DNA from: Azolla caroliniana
Lineage: Eukaryota; Plantae; Polypodiophyta
Direction of reading: 5' to 3'
Length of the DNA: 64,000 nt
Assembly: GCA_043228905.1 (NCBI GenBank)
Contig: JBHGNT010000012.1
Span: 10,726,001 to 10,790,000 of the forward strand
Below the pieces are notes generated by a model that did no database searches, had not been told where the DNA came from, and saw only the letters and a list, made by a program, of their open reading frames with translations. Below are positions 32,464 through 45,800 of this stretch, piece by piece. Numbering within the stretch: the stretch's first letter is position 1; each line of letters opens with the position of its first letter. Both the position numbers and the translations under genes were made by a program.

Positions 32464-33174
32464 AATTGAGAAACGGTATGAGGAGTACTCGGCTACGGAG
32501 AGCCGGATGATACAGGCCCGGTATGAACCGGATGAGGAGTACCCGGCTACGGAGAGCCGGATGGTGCAGGCCCGGTATGAACCGGATGAGGAGTACCCGG
32601 CTACGGAGAGCCGGATGATGCAGGCCCGGTATGAACCGGATGAGGAGTACCCGGCTACGGAGAGCCGGATGATGCAGACCCGGTATGAACCGGAGGAAGA
32701 GACATTTTCGTAAATATGTTTCTGAGAGCCCATTGTGGCTATATTTGAAAATAGTCGAAAAGTCATATTAGTATAAATATGACTTAGGGCAAACTAATGC
32801 GGGTGTGGTTTTTATTCTTTCTTGTTGGTGCAAGAAGAAGAGAGAGCGTGTAACTGTACAGAGAGAGAGAGAGAGAGAACGAGGTCGTTGCCTCTGTTGT
32901 AACCGCCGCCTGTGGCGAAGATCGTGAGTCCGAGGTCATTGCCTCCGTGTACTCACTGTGTTGTACATTCATACATAGTGACAGTTTGCAGCCTGTGGGC
33001 TGCCGTGGTTTTTCCCCTAGTTTGGGGTTTTCCACGTTAACCTCCTGTGTAGTGTGTGTGTATCTTCCTCTCCTTTGTATCGTGTTTTCTGTTTCCCGTT
33101 TTTCTGTGTGTCATTCTACGCTCGGTTGTGGCTGAGCGTCGCGCATAAGGAACGTTTGGTTCCCGTCAGAAACA
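32464..33174 (+). mobile_element. 5'-truncated LTR related to the element E family, with a 54-bp tandem repeat x~4 (32480-32695)
   Basis: Shares GTATAAATATGACTTAGGGCAAAC and CCGTGGTTTTTCCC..GGGTTTTCCACG with the E LTR; ends in CA where element D coding sequence resumes. Confidence 0.72.
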
Positions 33175-36100
33175 TAGAGCAAACTCTATGTCGGTCGCTA
33201 CCTCAACTAGTGCCTCCGGTCCAGTGCCTCGAACCATATGACATTGCATCAAGAATGGTTCCGAGAACTTCGAGAGCCGGACCGACCCGGCTATGTCGAA
33301 ACCGGAGACGACACTACGCACCCAATTCGGCACATTGGCAATGTTCCGTTCAGAGAAGAAGGTAAGCAAAATTACATTAAAAATGTCTTGCATGTACCAA
33401 CCATTACGAAGAATTTGGTCTCCGTCGTCCAAATTGTAGAGCAAGGGATGCAAGTTCGATTTAATCAAGGCGGTTGCTTCATCAAAAAAGAGGGCTGACT
33501 CATCGCATGCGGATGAAGAGAGGGCTGGATGTTCATTCTCGATTCACGCGAGATGAAATCTGCCATGTTCGCGAAAAACACGAAAGCCGACTCCGACATA
33601 GAGCTATGGCACAAGCGAATCGGCCACATCAATCTCAACAAACTCAAAGCAATGAAATCGAAAGGAGTCGTCATCGGACTCCCGACATTCAAAGAGAAGG
33701 AGATTGAAGGTGTATACGAAGCGTGCCAATTCGGCAAGCAACACCGACACCCATTCCCGAAAGAGCAAAACATGAGCAAAGGTCTACTCGATGTAGTCCA
33801 TTCCGATGTATGGGGACCGGCGCAGATGGCTACATTTGGTGGATGCCGATATTACATGCTCTTCATCGACGACTTCTCTAGGCACACTTGGATCTACCCG
33901 ATACGACAAAAGAGCGAAGTGTTCGGACACTTCCAAAATTTCAAGAATGAAGTTGAGAAAGCCACGGGCCGACATGTACGATGCCTTCGATCGGATGGCG
34001 GCAAGGAATACTTCTCGGACGATTTCACGGCGTATCTCCGAAAGGAAGGAATTCAGCGAGAATTCACTTGCCGACACACTCCGCAACAAAATGGAGTAGC
34101 CGAGCGCAAAAATCGGCACATCCTCGAAGTAGCGCGGGCAATGATGAATGAGAAGCATATGCCGAAGTCTTATATGGGCCGAAGCTGCAAATACGGCCGT
34201 CTACCTAATGAACTGGTGCACAACATCCGGCGTGCACAAGGTCACTCTACACGAAAAATACTTCGGAAAGAAGCCAGACTTATCGCACATCCGCATATTC
34301 GGAGCGATAGCGTATGTGCACATCCCCGACTAGAAGTGTCAAAAGCTTGACCCGAAGTCAGAGAAATGTATCCTCGTAGGATACTCATTGGAGCAAAAGG
34401 GGTACAAGTGCTACAACCCTTCAACTCGAATATCTCGAGTAAGTTGAGACGTTGTTTTTGACGAGTCCGCATCCTGGTACGCACCAGAGACAACTCCGAC
34501 TCCAACTCCGCTCGACCCGGAATCTGCCGACCAAGAGATCGAGGATGAAGATCGTCCTACACGCATGATCGAAGAAAGTCCAATCACGACCCAACTGAGC
34601 GGACCACAAGAGCCGTTAAGCGATCAAAGCACATCATGGCCTAACCCGAAGATGGACAAAGGCAAGGCGAAAATGGCGGAATATGAAGACGATCGCTTCG
34701 ACGATGATGACTCGACTCACTCACTCGACAGTGAGTTCGGCGGCTTCGATGTACTAATCGGAGCTAAGAAAGCCCTCATCTCTGCAAATGAAAAGCTTTG
34801 CCGATCTCGTGAAAAGAACCCCATAAGCCGATTCGGCTACAACGATTATATGGCGTACCATTACGCCTTTATGGTGAAGGTAGCGACAGTACGGGACCCG
34901 GAAACCTTTTCGGAAGCCGCGAAGGACCCATGATGGATCGAAGCAATGAACGAGGAGATGCAGGCACTACGGAAGAACGAGACGTGGGATCTCGTTCCCA
35001 CCTCACCACACAAAAAGGCGATCAGATGCAGATGGATCTACAAGTGAAGTATAACGCTGATGGCTCCGTAAACCGCTACAAAGCGCAACTCGTAGCGAAA
35101 GGCTACGCTCAAACTCACGGAGTTGACTACGAGGAGACCTTTGCCCTGGTGGAAAAGATGACGACGGTGCGGACCGTAATTGCGCTTGCCGCGGCGAAAG
35201 GGTGGCACCTCCATCAAATGGACGTCAAGAACGCCTTTCTACAAGGCGAATTAGAAGAGGAGGTGTACATGATACAACCACCCGGCTTCGAATCACGCAT
35301 TCATCCGAAAGTTGTGTGCCAACTCAAGAAGCCACTCTACATCCTCAAGCAAGCACCGCGTGCTTGGCATTCGAAGATAACGCAATATCTTCACCAAATC
35401 GGCTTCCGTATGTCAAAGTCGGACAACTGCCTCTACATACGAAGCGATTCTGCAAGTCCTATCGTCATCATCTTATATGTGGATGACCTAGTCATTGGAG
35501 GTGAGCATCTTGTCGAAATCAATAAAGTCAAATCCCTCCTTTCCGACAAGTTCGAGATAACGGACATGAAGGAACTCCACTACTTCCTCGGCATCGAGGT
35601 AATTCGGACTCCAGCCGGAATCATGATTTCTCAACGGCACTACATCCTCAACTTGTTATACGGCAACCCTGCTCGATCACAATCTCAAACTAGATGCAAA
35701 CTCCGGCACCAAAGCGTGTGAGCCGACTCAGTATCGGCAACTCATCGGGAGTCTCATCTACCTCACGATCACACAACCCGATCTCAGTTATCCGGTTAGT
35801 CTCCTTAGCCAATTCATGCAAACACCGCGTGACACTCACTTGGATTGCGCTAAGCGAGTTCTACGCTACGTGAGCGGCACAATGGATTGTGGCATCCTCT
35901 ACAAGACCGCGATGCCAATACGACTCGAGGGGTACACAGACGCCGATTGGGCCGGCTACAAAGCTGATAGAAGATCAACCTCCAGATTTGTTTTCTCCCT
36001 CGGCAGCGGAGCAATATCCTAGAGTAGCAAGAAGCAGCCTACCGTCGCTCTTTCGAGTACGAAGGCGGAATACAGGGGTGCAACCGTACCTGCGTGTGAA

Positions 36101-37309
36101 GCCGTATGGCTCAAGAATATTTTGAAGGATCTGGGTGTACCCATCAAGGATCCGACTTCCCTTTACTGCGACAACATGAGCAGTATCTATCTAGCTTGGA
36201 ACCCGGTGTTCCACACACGGACAAAGCACATCGAAGTGCACTATCACTTCATCCGAGAGAGCGTTCTAGCTAGCGATGTCGACCTACAACACATTAGCAC
36301 CAATCTTCAAATGGCCGACATCTTCACTAAAGCCTTAAGAGCCGGCAAGCTATGGCAATTCATGACCGATCTCGGATTGACGATCCTTGACCTGCCAAGC
36401 TTGAGGGGGAGTACTGAAGACACTACGCAATAACGCGTAGATTCCACAACCGCGCACTACGCAATAAGCAGCGAAGAGCCGATCTACCACGCAAAGCTGC
36501 GAAGAAAGACGCAAGCCGAAGCACAGACTTCGCAACTATGCACAACGCAAGCTGGAGCACGGATTCCGCAACTCCGCATAAATGCGAGTCGACGCGGACT
36601 TCAGAACGTGAGTCGAAGCGGATTTCGGATACCGTCTGAAACCGACCCGACTTGAGCTTGAGGGGGCGTGTTGAGAATCAAGCTCAACTTGGTCTAGTGT
36701 GTGAACTCACCTTGAGAGTGAATAGACACTCCAACGGTCAAAAGTCACCACTATGTCACCACTTTGTATTCTAGCATTTAGTATGAGTCATAGAATCATC
36801 TTTCACATTCCCCATGCTCCATGAGTCTTGTAGTTAATGAAGAGAGAGGGTGACTATATAAAGCACCCTCCTCCCACTTTGTATAATGTTGAGTCTTTCT
36901 CCTTTGTCAATATACTTTTACCTTGCGTATTATCTGTGTTTCACTCTCTCTCTCTCTCTCTCTCTCTCTTACACACACACACATAACTCACATCTCTTCC
37001 GCTTCACAAGAATCCATCTCTTGATTCTTTACATACTTACGCAGCTATGTGGTTATTTACATACATAGCTCTCATGGAGTGCACCCTTAGACTATTTACA
37101 AATATAGTCTCTCAAGTTGGGTATTTACACGATTCTGGTTTCGACCGAGGCCGACTTCATCATCAACTCAGCTCCTGTTTTCTGACTCTTCGACTTTCGG
37201 CTTTCCGAACAATCGGATCATCCTCCCACTGGAGGGACATATTCCCAACAAACTCCCCCTCACTCCTGTGGGAGGAAATTTGTCAGTCCTGTATTTTGTC
37301 GACAGATTC

Positions 37310-39758
37310 TGAGTCTGTCCATAGGTAGGTTCTTCGTCAGCATGTCGGATCCATTGTCGTTAGTATGGATCTTCACAAGAGCAAACTCTACATCTTCGAC
37401 TCTCTCCCACAACCAGTGATACCTTCTCTATATGTACTTGATCTGGGAGTGGTATGCCGCGTTCTTGGCTAGGTGTATGGCGCTTTGGCTGTCACAATGA
37501 AGCAAGAACTCCTTTTGCTTCATGCCTAGTTCGGTGACAAAATTTCTCATCCAGATCAGCTTTTTTCTGGCCTCTACCGCTGCCATGTACTCTGCCTCTG
37601 TAGTCGACAAGGCTTCAAACTTTTGCAGTTGTGACTACCACGACACTGCTCCCCCTACATAGGTCATCATGTACCCTGACGTGGATCGGCTTGAGTCGAC
37701 ATCTCCTGACATGTCTGAATCGGTAAAACCTTCCAACACAGGTTTTCCTACACCTATGTTAGGCACACCTCCGAGGTGCCTTTCAGGTACCTGAATATCC
37801 ACTTCACTACTGCCCAGTGTTCTCTTCCTGGATTACTTGTATATCTGCTTACTGCTCCCACAGCAAATGCTATGTCCGGCCTCGTACAGAACATAGCATA
37901 CATTAGACTACCAACAGCCGAGGCATATGGTACCTTCCTCATCTCAGCCTTCTCCTTCAGTCTCGTCAGACACTACTTTGCATTTAATCTGCAGTTTGTC
38001 GACAACATGGAGCCGACCGGCTTTGCATTCGACATTTTGAACCTGTCTAGGATCTTCGTCACGTACTTCTGTTGTGACAACCATAGCACCTTCCGAGCTC
38101 TGTCTCGGGTTATGTGCATTCCTACGATTTGCTTTGCCGGTCCAAGGTCTTTCATGGCAAATAATTTGGCGAGAGCTTTCATCAAGCTTCCAATATTCCT
38201 TGCATCTTGGCCGACTATCAACAGGTCCTCAACATATAGCAAGAGAATCAAGAAATCTCCTTCCTCGTACCTTTTTACGAACACAATGTGATCAACTTGT
38301 GTTTTCTGGAACCAATGTTCCATCATGAAGGACTCGAATTTCTTGTACCATTGGCGTGGAGCTTGTTTTAGTCTGTACAAGCTTTTCCTCAGTCGACACA
38401 CCAGATTCTCTTTCCATTTCTCCTCAAAGCCTTCGGGTTGATGTATGTAGATCTCTTCTTCTAACTCCCCATGCAAAAATGCGGTTTTGACATCCAATTG
38501 TTCGATCTCCAGGTCCATGCTGGCCGCTATGCTCAAAACAGTTCGTATGGATGTCATCTTCACGACTGGTGCGAAAATTTCTTCAAAGTCAACGCCCTTC
38601 CTGTTTTGGAAACCCTTCACCACTATACGGGCTTTATACCTGGGCTGGCAGTCGACTTCTCCGGTCTTCACCTTGTAGACCCATTTATTCCTGAGTGCTC
38701 TCTTACCTTTCAGCAACTCTACTAGGTTGTAGGTGTAATTTGCGTCCAAGGATTCCATCTCCTCTTGCATCGCATTCAGCCATTTTTCTCTGCTCTCATC
38801 GGCAATGGCTTCTTCATAGCACTGCGGTTCACCGTCATCAGTCAAGAGGACATATTGACTGGCATATGTAGTCGGTGCCTTCCTTTCTCTAAGTGAGTAC
38901 CTTCGTCCACTCACTATTGGCTCTATTCTGGATGTTTCTGCCAACTCTTTTCTTTCCTCGAGATTCTGCTCGTCAATTGGCATCTCCAGGTTGGATAACT
39001 CCAACTCATATTCATCAATTGACTTCAGCAGCTCTGCCGACTCTGACTCATAGTCTGTCGGTCTTTCCGAGTCGACCAACTCGGATTTGGCTTTGTCGGC
39101 CAGCTGTCTCCTTACATCTTCCGGTGACGACACATTTGGCCTTAAGTCGATGGTAGTCGAGGTTGACTAGGGAGTCAATTCCAACGTCTCACTACCTTCT
39201 TGTAGACTAAGTCCCACAACCTATAGCCGAATTCATCTTCCGAGTATCCCATGAATATGAATGCTTTTGACTTGTTGTCCAGCTTTTACCTCTGATCCTT
39301 TGGTACATGCATATATGCCAAACATCCAAACACCCTCAGGTGTTGGTAGGAGACATCCTTCCGTTTCCACACCCTCTGTGGGACATCACCCTTTAGAGGT
39401 ACTGAGGGTGATCTGTTGATCAGATAAACAGTTGTGTACATCACCTCAACCCAATAGGATTTCAGTAGTTTCGCATGAGAGAGCATGCTTCTCACTCTCT
39501 CCATGATCGTTCGATTCATCCTCTCTGCAAGCCCGTTCAACTTTGGGGTCTTTGGCAATGTGTATTCGAACCGAATACCTTGGCTCTTGCAGTATTCTTC
39601 GAACTGCCCTTTGTACTCGCCACCGTTGTTGGTTCGAACAACCTTTAGTTTCCGACCCGACTCTCTTTCGATTCTTGCCTGGGACTCCTTGAAAACCGAC
39701 AGTACTTGATCCTTTGACTTCAGTACAAAGGCCCATGTTTTCCGATTGTAGTCGTCAA
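37310..39758 (-). pseudogene. Element I integrase core, RT and RNase H, degenerate
   Basis: NGLAERMNRT, QLDVKTAFLHG, LYVEDLL, STTEAEY. Confidence 0.9.
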
Positions 39759-42700
39759 TGTTATTGCTAGGGCCGGACAATAGCCTAACACAGGGTGTCC
39801 ACTTAAGACACGTCACCAAAGGGTGCTACGGCAGAATGACTTACGACACAACGCTTAATTAGATCTTAATCGATTACTTAGCCATCCGTAATTAACATGC
39901 GTAAGATATAACAATAAATACAGAACGGTAATCAACATTTGAAGATTAAGACAATAAGCTTTATTAATTATCCCCTCCTAATTACATTGTAACCGGGCCT
40001 TTATATAGGTGTCCGGTGCAAAATACAAAATGGTGCCAAACGGCACCTTTACGGAATCGTTCCGGATCCGGATCGGCATACCGATTCCGGTCCGTCCGTC
40101 CACATCTTCTTATATAATAATATGTATATATTAAGACTACTAATTACAACAGTTCCCAAATAACTATTCCTTTCACACTCTGGTTTGGACCTCCTTAAGC
40201 CTTCTTCGTCGGTCGGTAACACATGGCATGCCCGTGGGATAGTACCTTGTACGTCGAACCCACTATCCGGCTCTTTTACGCTTCGTCCAAAATGTCCAGA
40301 ATGCTTTGCTCCAAAATTTCCAATGGCTCGTCGGGAATCTGTTGTTGTTCCTGTGGCTACTGCTATTGTTCCGTTTGTGGTTGTGGCTCTGTTTGTCACT
40401 CTGGCACCGGTGTTTCCGTCGTTGGTTCCTCCGTCGGAGTTGTCTGTGGCTGACTAACCCCGGCCTGTTCCCCCTCCGGTCTTTGCACCGGCGACAGTTC
40501 CTCATCACTAAGGTTGACCTTTGCCGCCTTTCGCGTTTTTTCTTCCCGGAGCCGGGACCGCCCATAGCTTTCGAACTGGATTTGAGCCTCCAACCGATCA
40601 TCGTCCAGTTGAGCTACGAGCTGTTGGACCTACACCAATTGTTCATCCGCCAGGGCTGTGAAATCTTCCGCTAGCTCATCCCTGATGGTGGTGAAGTCCT
40701 CCGAGGTCAGCATATAGCAGTCGTCGCCCTCCTTTCGCCGGTTTTCAACGTCCGCCCTAAGCAATTGGAGTTCCGCCGTATTCTGCGCCCATTTTGCCCA
40801 CCAACGCACAGAGTTGTCATCAATCAAGCTTTTGGTTTTAGTGAGCCATGACCGGAGGATGCACTGGATCCGTTCGGCTCCCATCTGTGATTTATTTTCT
40901 GCGGCTTGTCGCTCTTCCTTCAACTGCTTGATGATCCGAACCGTGTCCGCCTCCTGCTCCCTATAATGCGACAATTGAGTTTGATAGGTTGTTTGCAACC
41001 TCTGTAGTACCATTGTTGCTCTTTCCTTGTCTTCATGGTTCTGTTTGTGGAGCTCCATCCGGTCATTCGCTGCTTCCTTCAATAGCCTGGAACTTTCCGT
41101 GCGTTCTTTGGCGAGTGCCGTTGTGGCCTTATCAACCTCTTGTCAGAGCTCGGCCATCCGTTGCTGATGCTCCGTCTCCAGCTGCTTGTAGTCCCGATGC
41201 AGATGATCGAAATCATCGATCTTCTGCTTTAGCCTTTGGTTTATATGACGGCGCGCGCGGTCCTCCATGTCCTTCTATTGACGAAGCTCTTCCTTCAGTC
41301 GCTCTATTTCCGTCTCCGCCATCCGTCGCAGCTTGTCTTTTTCCTGCAGCACTTTCTCTTTTTCCTCCTTCAGCCAGTCATAAGCATGATGTCCTTTACG
41401 CAGGTTTTCCTCTGCACGGCGAAGGTTCTCAGCAGTCTTTCTTAATTCTTCTTCGGCCGCCTTCTTCAAGTCGCGTTCGCGGCTCCGTAATGCTTCTTGT
41501 GCGGCTAGTTCATCTCGTAATTCCGCAAGCTCTTGGGCTTGCGCCGCCTCTTTCTCCGGGACAGTTTGTGTCTCCGGGGTCTTATTCTTCTGTACATCCA
41601 CCGGAGTCACCGGTGCTTGGATCTGTGTTGCGGTTAAGGCCATTTTGGCTATATCTCCTATGATCTGATCCAAGTCTTGTTCTAGGCACCGAATCCTTGA
41701 CCGGCCCGTCTCTAGTTCATCGGTTGTGACGAGCAACCGTTCCGTTTGCGCTCTTTCCTCTGCCTCTATGCATCCGACTACTCCGGCAATTTGGTCTCCT
41801 ATCCACCGGAGCCATTGGCTGCCAGTGCACTGTTGTTGCGCTTGCATGGAGAGTTGGTTGATGGGTTCACTCGCTGATGGCTGGTCCCCCCTTTCTGCGT
41901 CAAGTTGCGCTTCTGGTTCTACCAGCTGACCACTTTGCCGTTCCGGATCTGAGTGTGTTTCGGCTAGCGCCCCTTGTCTACTTGTTCTTGGCCGACTGGG
42001 GCGGTTGGCCTTTGTATCTCCGGCTCTTGCGTGACAGGGCTTGCCGGTGCTGCCTGTTGTGCCGGGACTTCTGTGACCGGTTCCATCCGAACCGGTTCCG
42101 GTGCCTCCCTTGGCGTGGGTTGCTCAGCGTGAGTTGCGGGTGTTCGATCCTTCTGTGGGTCCGAATGCTTCTCGGCTGATTCTGCGGTGCTCTTCACCGG
42201 CCGCTGCTGGAGGTGCTCCGTGGGTTCTTCCTCCATCTCTTCCGCGTGAGTCCCGGCATTCATTCTTGCCACCAAGGTGTCCGTTTCCTGTTGCCCCGGT
42301 CGGTGGAGTGGGCTCTTCAAGGCCCGTGCCGGTGTCTCCTCGTGCGTGTCCGTCGGTCGCTTCTGGCCGGCGCACTCCTTCGCCGCCTTCTCTGCTTTGG
42401 CAATCTTCCCCTTAGTGGCCTTGTGTCAGGAACTCTATTAAGGCAGAGAAGGAATTAGTACTAAAAGAAGGATTAGTACTATTGTTGGGGAATAGTACTA
42501 AGACAGAGAAGGATTAGTACTATGAGAGGTGTCGAACTTTGAGAGAAGGAATGAGTGAGTGAGAGAGAGAGAGAGAGAGAGAGAGAATGATGATGCGAAA
42601 GATATATGTATTATATGACGGAAGATATACAACAGTAGTTAGAAGGCTTAAGACTGGCGTTGAACCGATTTGGTTCGAACTAATGCCTTGCGCCTCCTTT

Positions 42701-42872
42701 TATAGTGTCTTCAGGAATACTCCTGAAGTTTCTAGAATGTTCCAGAGAAATCTGGAATATACATCAATTTCCTAATAAAACCTAAATGAAAATAATATCC
42801 TTCAAATTACAACTCATAACCTAATGGTAAAGTCTCGACCCGTGTAACAAAAGGTTATGGGTTCGAGTCTAG

Positions 42873-45800
42873 TTATGACACTATCCCCCCTTTAAAACGA
42901 CGAGTTTCACGAGTCGTTTTGGATTGAGGACCCGGTTTCTCGGGATATCGTCGATGGAAGTCTTCTAGAAGAGCATGAGCATTGGTCACATTCTCGATCG
43001 GTTCCCAAGTACGCTCGCTGGGACTATATCCTAGCCAATCGACTAGATAGTAGAGCTTGTTGCGAACAATTTTGGAATCGAGGATGGCAGCGACCTCATA
43101 CTCAGGTCCATCTTCGAGCTCGATAGGAGGTGGAGGTTGTATAGTACGTCCTGGGATAGTGCTCTCGTGATAGGGTTCGAGGAGAGAACTATGAAACACC
43201 GGGTGTATCCGAAGTTGCGGAGGTAGCTCGAGACGAAAAGCGACATCATTAATCTTCCCGATAATACGGAAAGGACCTAATCGTCGATAATCCAACTTCT
43301 CACATGGGCGAGTAGTCTTGATGTGTCGTCGTAGCAGCCACACCCGATCTCCAATGTTAAAACTGGATGGAAGTCGATGACGATCTGCGTAGTCCTTGTG
43401 TGATTGTTGAGCTTGCTGGAGTTGAGTAGATAAATCCGCTTGTATCTTGCGTAACCGCTCCAAACGATCCTCCGCGCAAGGATTTGTGGACACTTCTGGG
43501 GTTTCAAGGACACACCACCGGGGATGATATCCCGTATAAGCGTAGAATGGCGTGACTTTAGTCGATGCGTGGATAGCGTTATTATAGGCAAATTCGGCGA
43601 ACTGAAGAATATCTGCCCAGTCATTCTGATGATAGTTGAGAAAGCACCGCAGATACTGCTCCAGTGTTTGATTTGTTCGTTCGGCTTGACCGTCGGTTTG
43701 TGGGTGGTAGCCGGAGGAGAGGTTACAAGTGACCTTCAGCATTTTAAAAAGGTGCTTCCAGAATTTTGACACAAACTGGGGTCCACGATCGCTGATGATA
43801 TTATCAGGGAGTCCATGATGCCGACATACTTCCCGCATGACAATTTCGGCGGTGTCTTCACTAGATATTTCTTTAGTACATGGTAAGAAATGAGCCATCT
43901 TCGTATATCGATCCACCACTGTGAGAATCGCACTGAATCCCTTAGAGACTGGAAGATCTGTAATGAAGTCAAGAGCAATGGATTGCCATGGCTTGCTTGG
44001 AATTGGTAATGGTTCTAATAAACCATATGGATGATGTCTTGGCATTTTCGCTCTGCAGCATGTATCGCAAGTCCGAACAAAATCTTCGACAAATTGTCGC
44101 ATACGGGGCCACCAGAATGATCGTTGTACTAAATCTAATGTTTTAGTACTACCAAAATGTCCTGCTGTATATGTGTCATGGCAGTTTTGTACTACTCGAA
44201 GGCGGCAAGAACCATTAGGAACATACAAAAGTTCTTTAAAGAAGAGTAATCCATCACAGTATTTGAATTGCCGATAATCCGTACCTGGTGATTGTGATTG
44301 TGAACATGACGCTCGAGAGGGGTCAATTTGTGCTAGTATAGCTTGGGCGAAAGCGTCAGTCTTCAAGTCCTCACGTATAGTATTGGTAATGTCGGAATCC
44401 ACGGGCATGTCAAAGATCTGTGCTGCTTGCAGTCGTGCCGGACCCAAGATTACTTGCTTCTGGTTATCGAAAGCTGGCTCACCGGGACGTGGTGTTAGAT
44501 ACGAACGTCGTGATAATGCATCTGCCTTCCCTTGGTGCTTCCCCGGACGATATGTAATTTTGAAGTCGAAGCGTGTGAGGAAGTGGGCCCACCGAGCTTG
44601 ACGTCGATTCAGTACACGAGCATCTTGAAAGTAGGCAAGGTTCTTGTGGTCACTGAATACAGTGACCTGATGAGGAGATCCCTCTAGGAAATGCCTCCAT
44701 TGCATAAAAGAATCAACTATTGCTAATAGCTCTTTATCATGAATTTCGTAGTTGATTTCGGCGGCGTCAAACTTACGGGAGTGGAAAGCCACAGGATGTA
44801 GCTTCTCGTCGTTACCCTGTTGTGACAGAATGCTCCCCAATGCGAAATCCGATGCATCAGCTTCGATAATGAATGGTTTTTCCGGATCCACATGACCTAA
44901 AATTGGAGCTGATGTAAACGCCTTCTTAAGACTCTCGAAAGCCATGTCCGTCTCTTTAGACCAAATGAATGATTGTCCCTTCCTGGTGAGCTGTGTGAGA
45001 GGCAGCACAATTTTTGAGTAATTTTGTATGAACTTCCGGTAGAAATTTGCAAAGCCTAGGAAGCATTGCACATCCCGCACCGAACGCGGAGTGTGCCATT
45101 CTATCACCGTTTTGACCTTGGCTGGATCCATAGATATGCCTTCTGAGGAGATGACATAGCCGAGAAACTCCACTTGGTTGCACCCGAAACTACATTTCTC
45201 TAACTTTGCATACAGACCATGTTCTCGAAGTCGTTTTAGTACTAATAGTACATGAGAATCATGTTCTTCTTGGGTCTTTGAATAAACCAGTAGATCATCC
45301 AAATAGATGATCAAAAAATCATCCAAGAGATCTCGAAATATATCATTCGCCATGTGCTGGAAGACTGCCGGCGCATTAGTGAGTCCGAACGGCATGACCG
45401 TATACTCGAAGTGCCCATATCTGGTGCGAAACGCGGTCTTCCATTCATCTCCTGGTCGGATCCGTACGAGGTTATAGGCTCCTCGTAAGTCGATCTTCGT
45501 GAAGAACCTGGCACCGTTGATCCGTTCTAAAAGACTTGAGATAAGGGGAAGAGCATACCTATTTCTTACTGTGACCTTATTCAAGCCACGGTAATCTACA
45601 ACGAGTCGAAGCGAGCCATCTTTTTTCTTGACGAAGAAAATGGGTGCGCCGGCTGGAGATTTCGAATGCCGAATGAAACCGTTCTCCAAATTCTCCTCTA
45701 TATAGGCTCGAAGGACTTCTAGCTCGGTTGGTGACAAATTGTAGATCGGCCCCCATGGCGGCTCTTTTCCCGGTTGTAAGTCGATGGCGCAGTCGTACGG

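Larger units (their letters stand above)
31076..37033 (+). mobile_element. Element D: degenerate Ty1/Copia, LTRs 31076-31489 and 36669-37033, TSD TACTT
   Basis: PBS TGGTATCAGAGC (31490-31501); PPT TTGAGGGGGCG; gag 31649-31999; fragmented pol 33175-36433 (HSDVWGP, RSDGGKEY, LYVDDL, YTDADWAG). Confidence 0.93.

Noticed and set aside
32411-32766. Repeat-protein ORFs (EEYPATESRMMQARYEPD)n or a CRISPR-like array
   Set aside because: This is a head-to-tail 54-bp tandem repeat without spacers inside an LTR. The frame is open only because the unit length is a multiple of 3.
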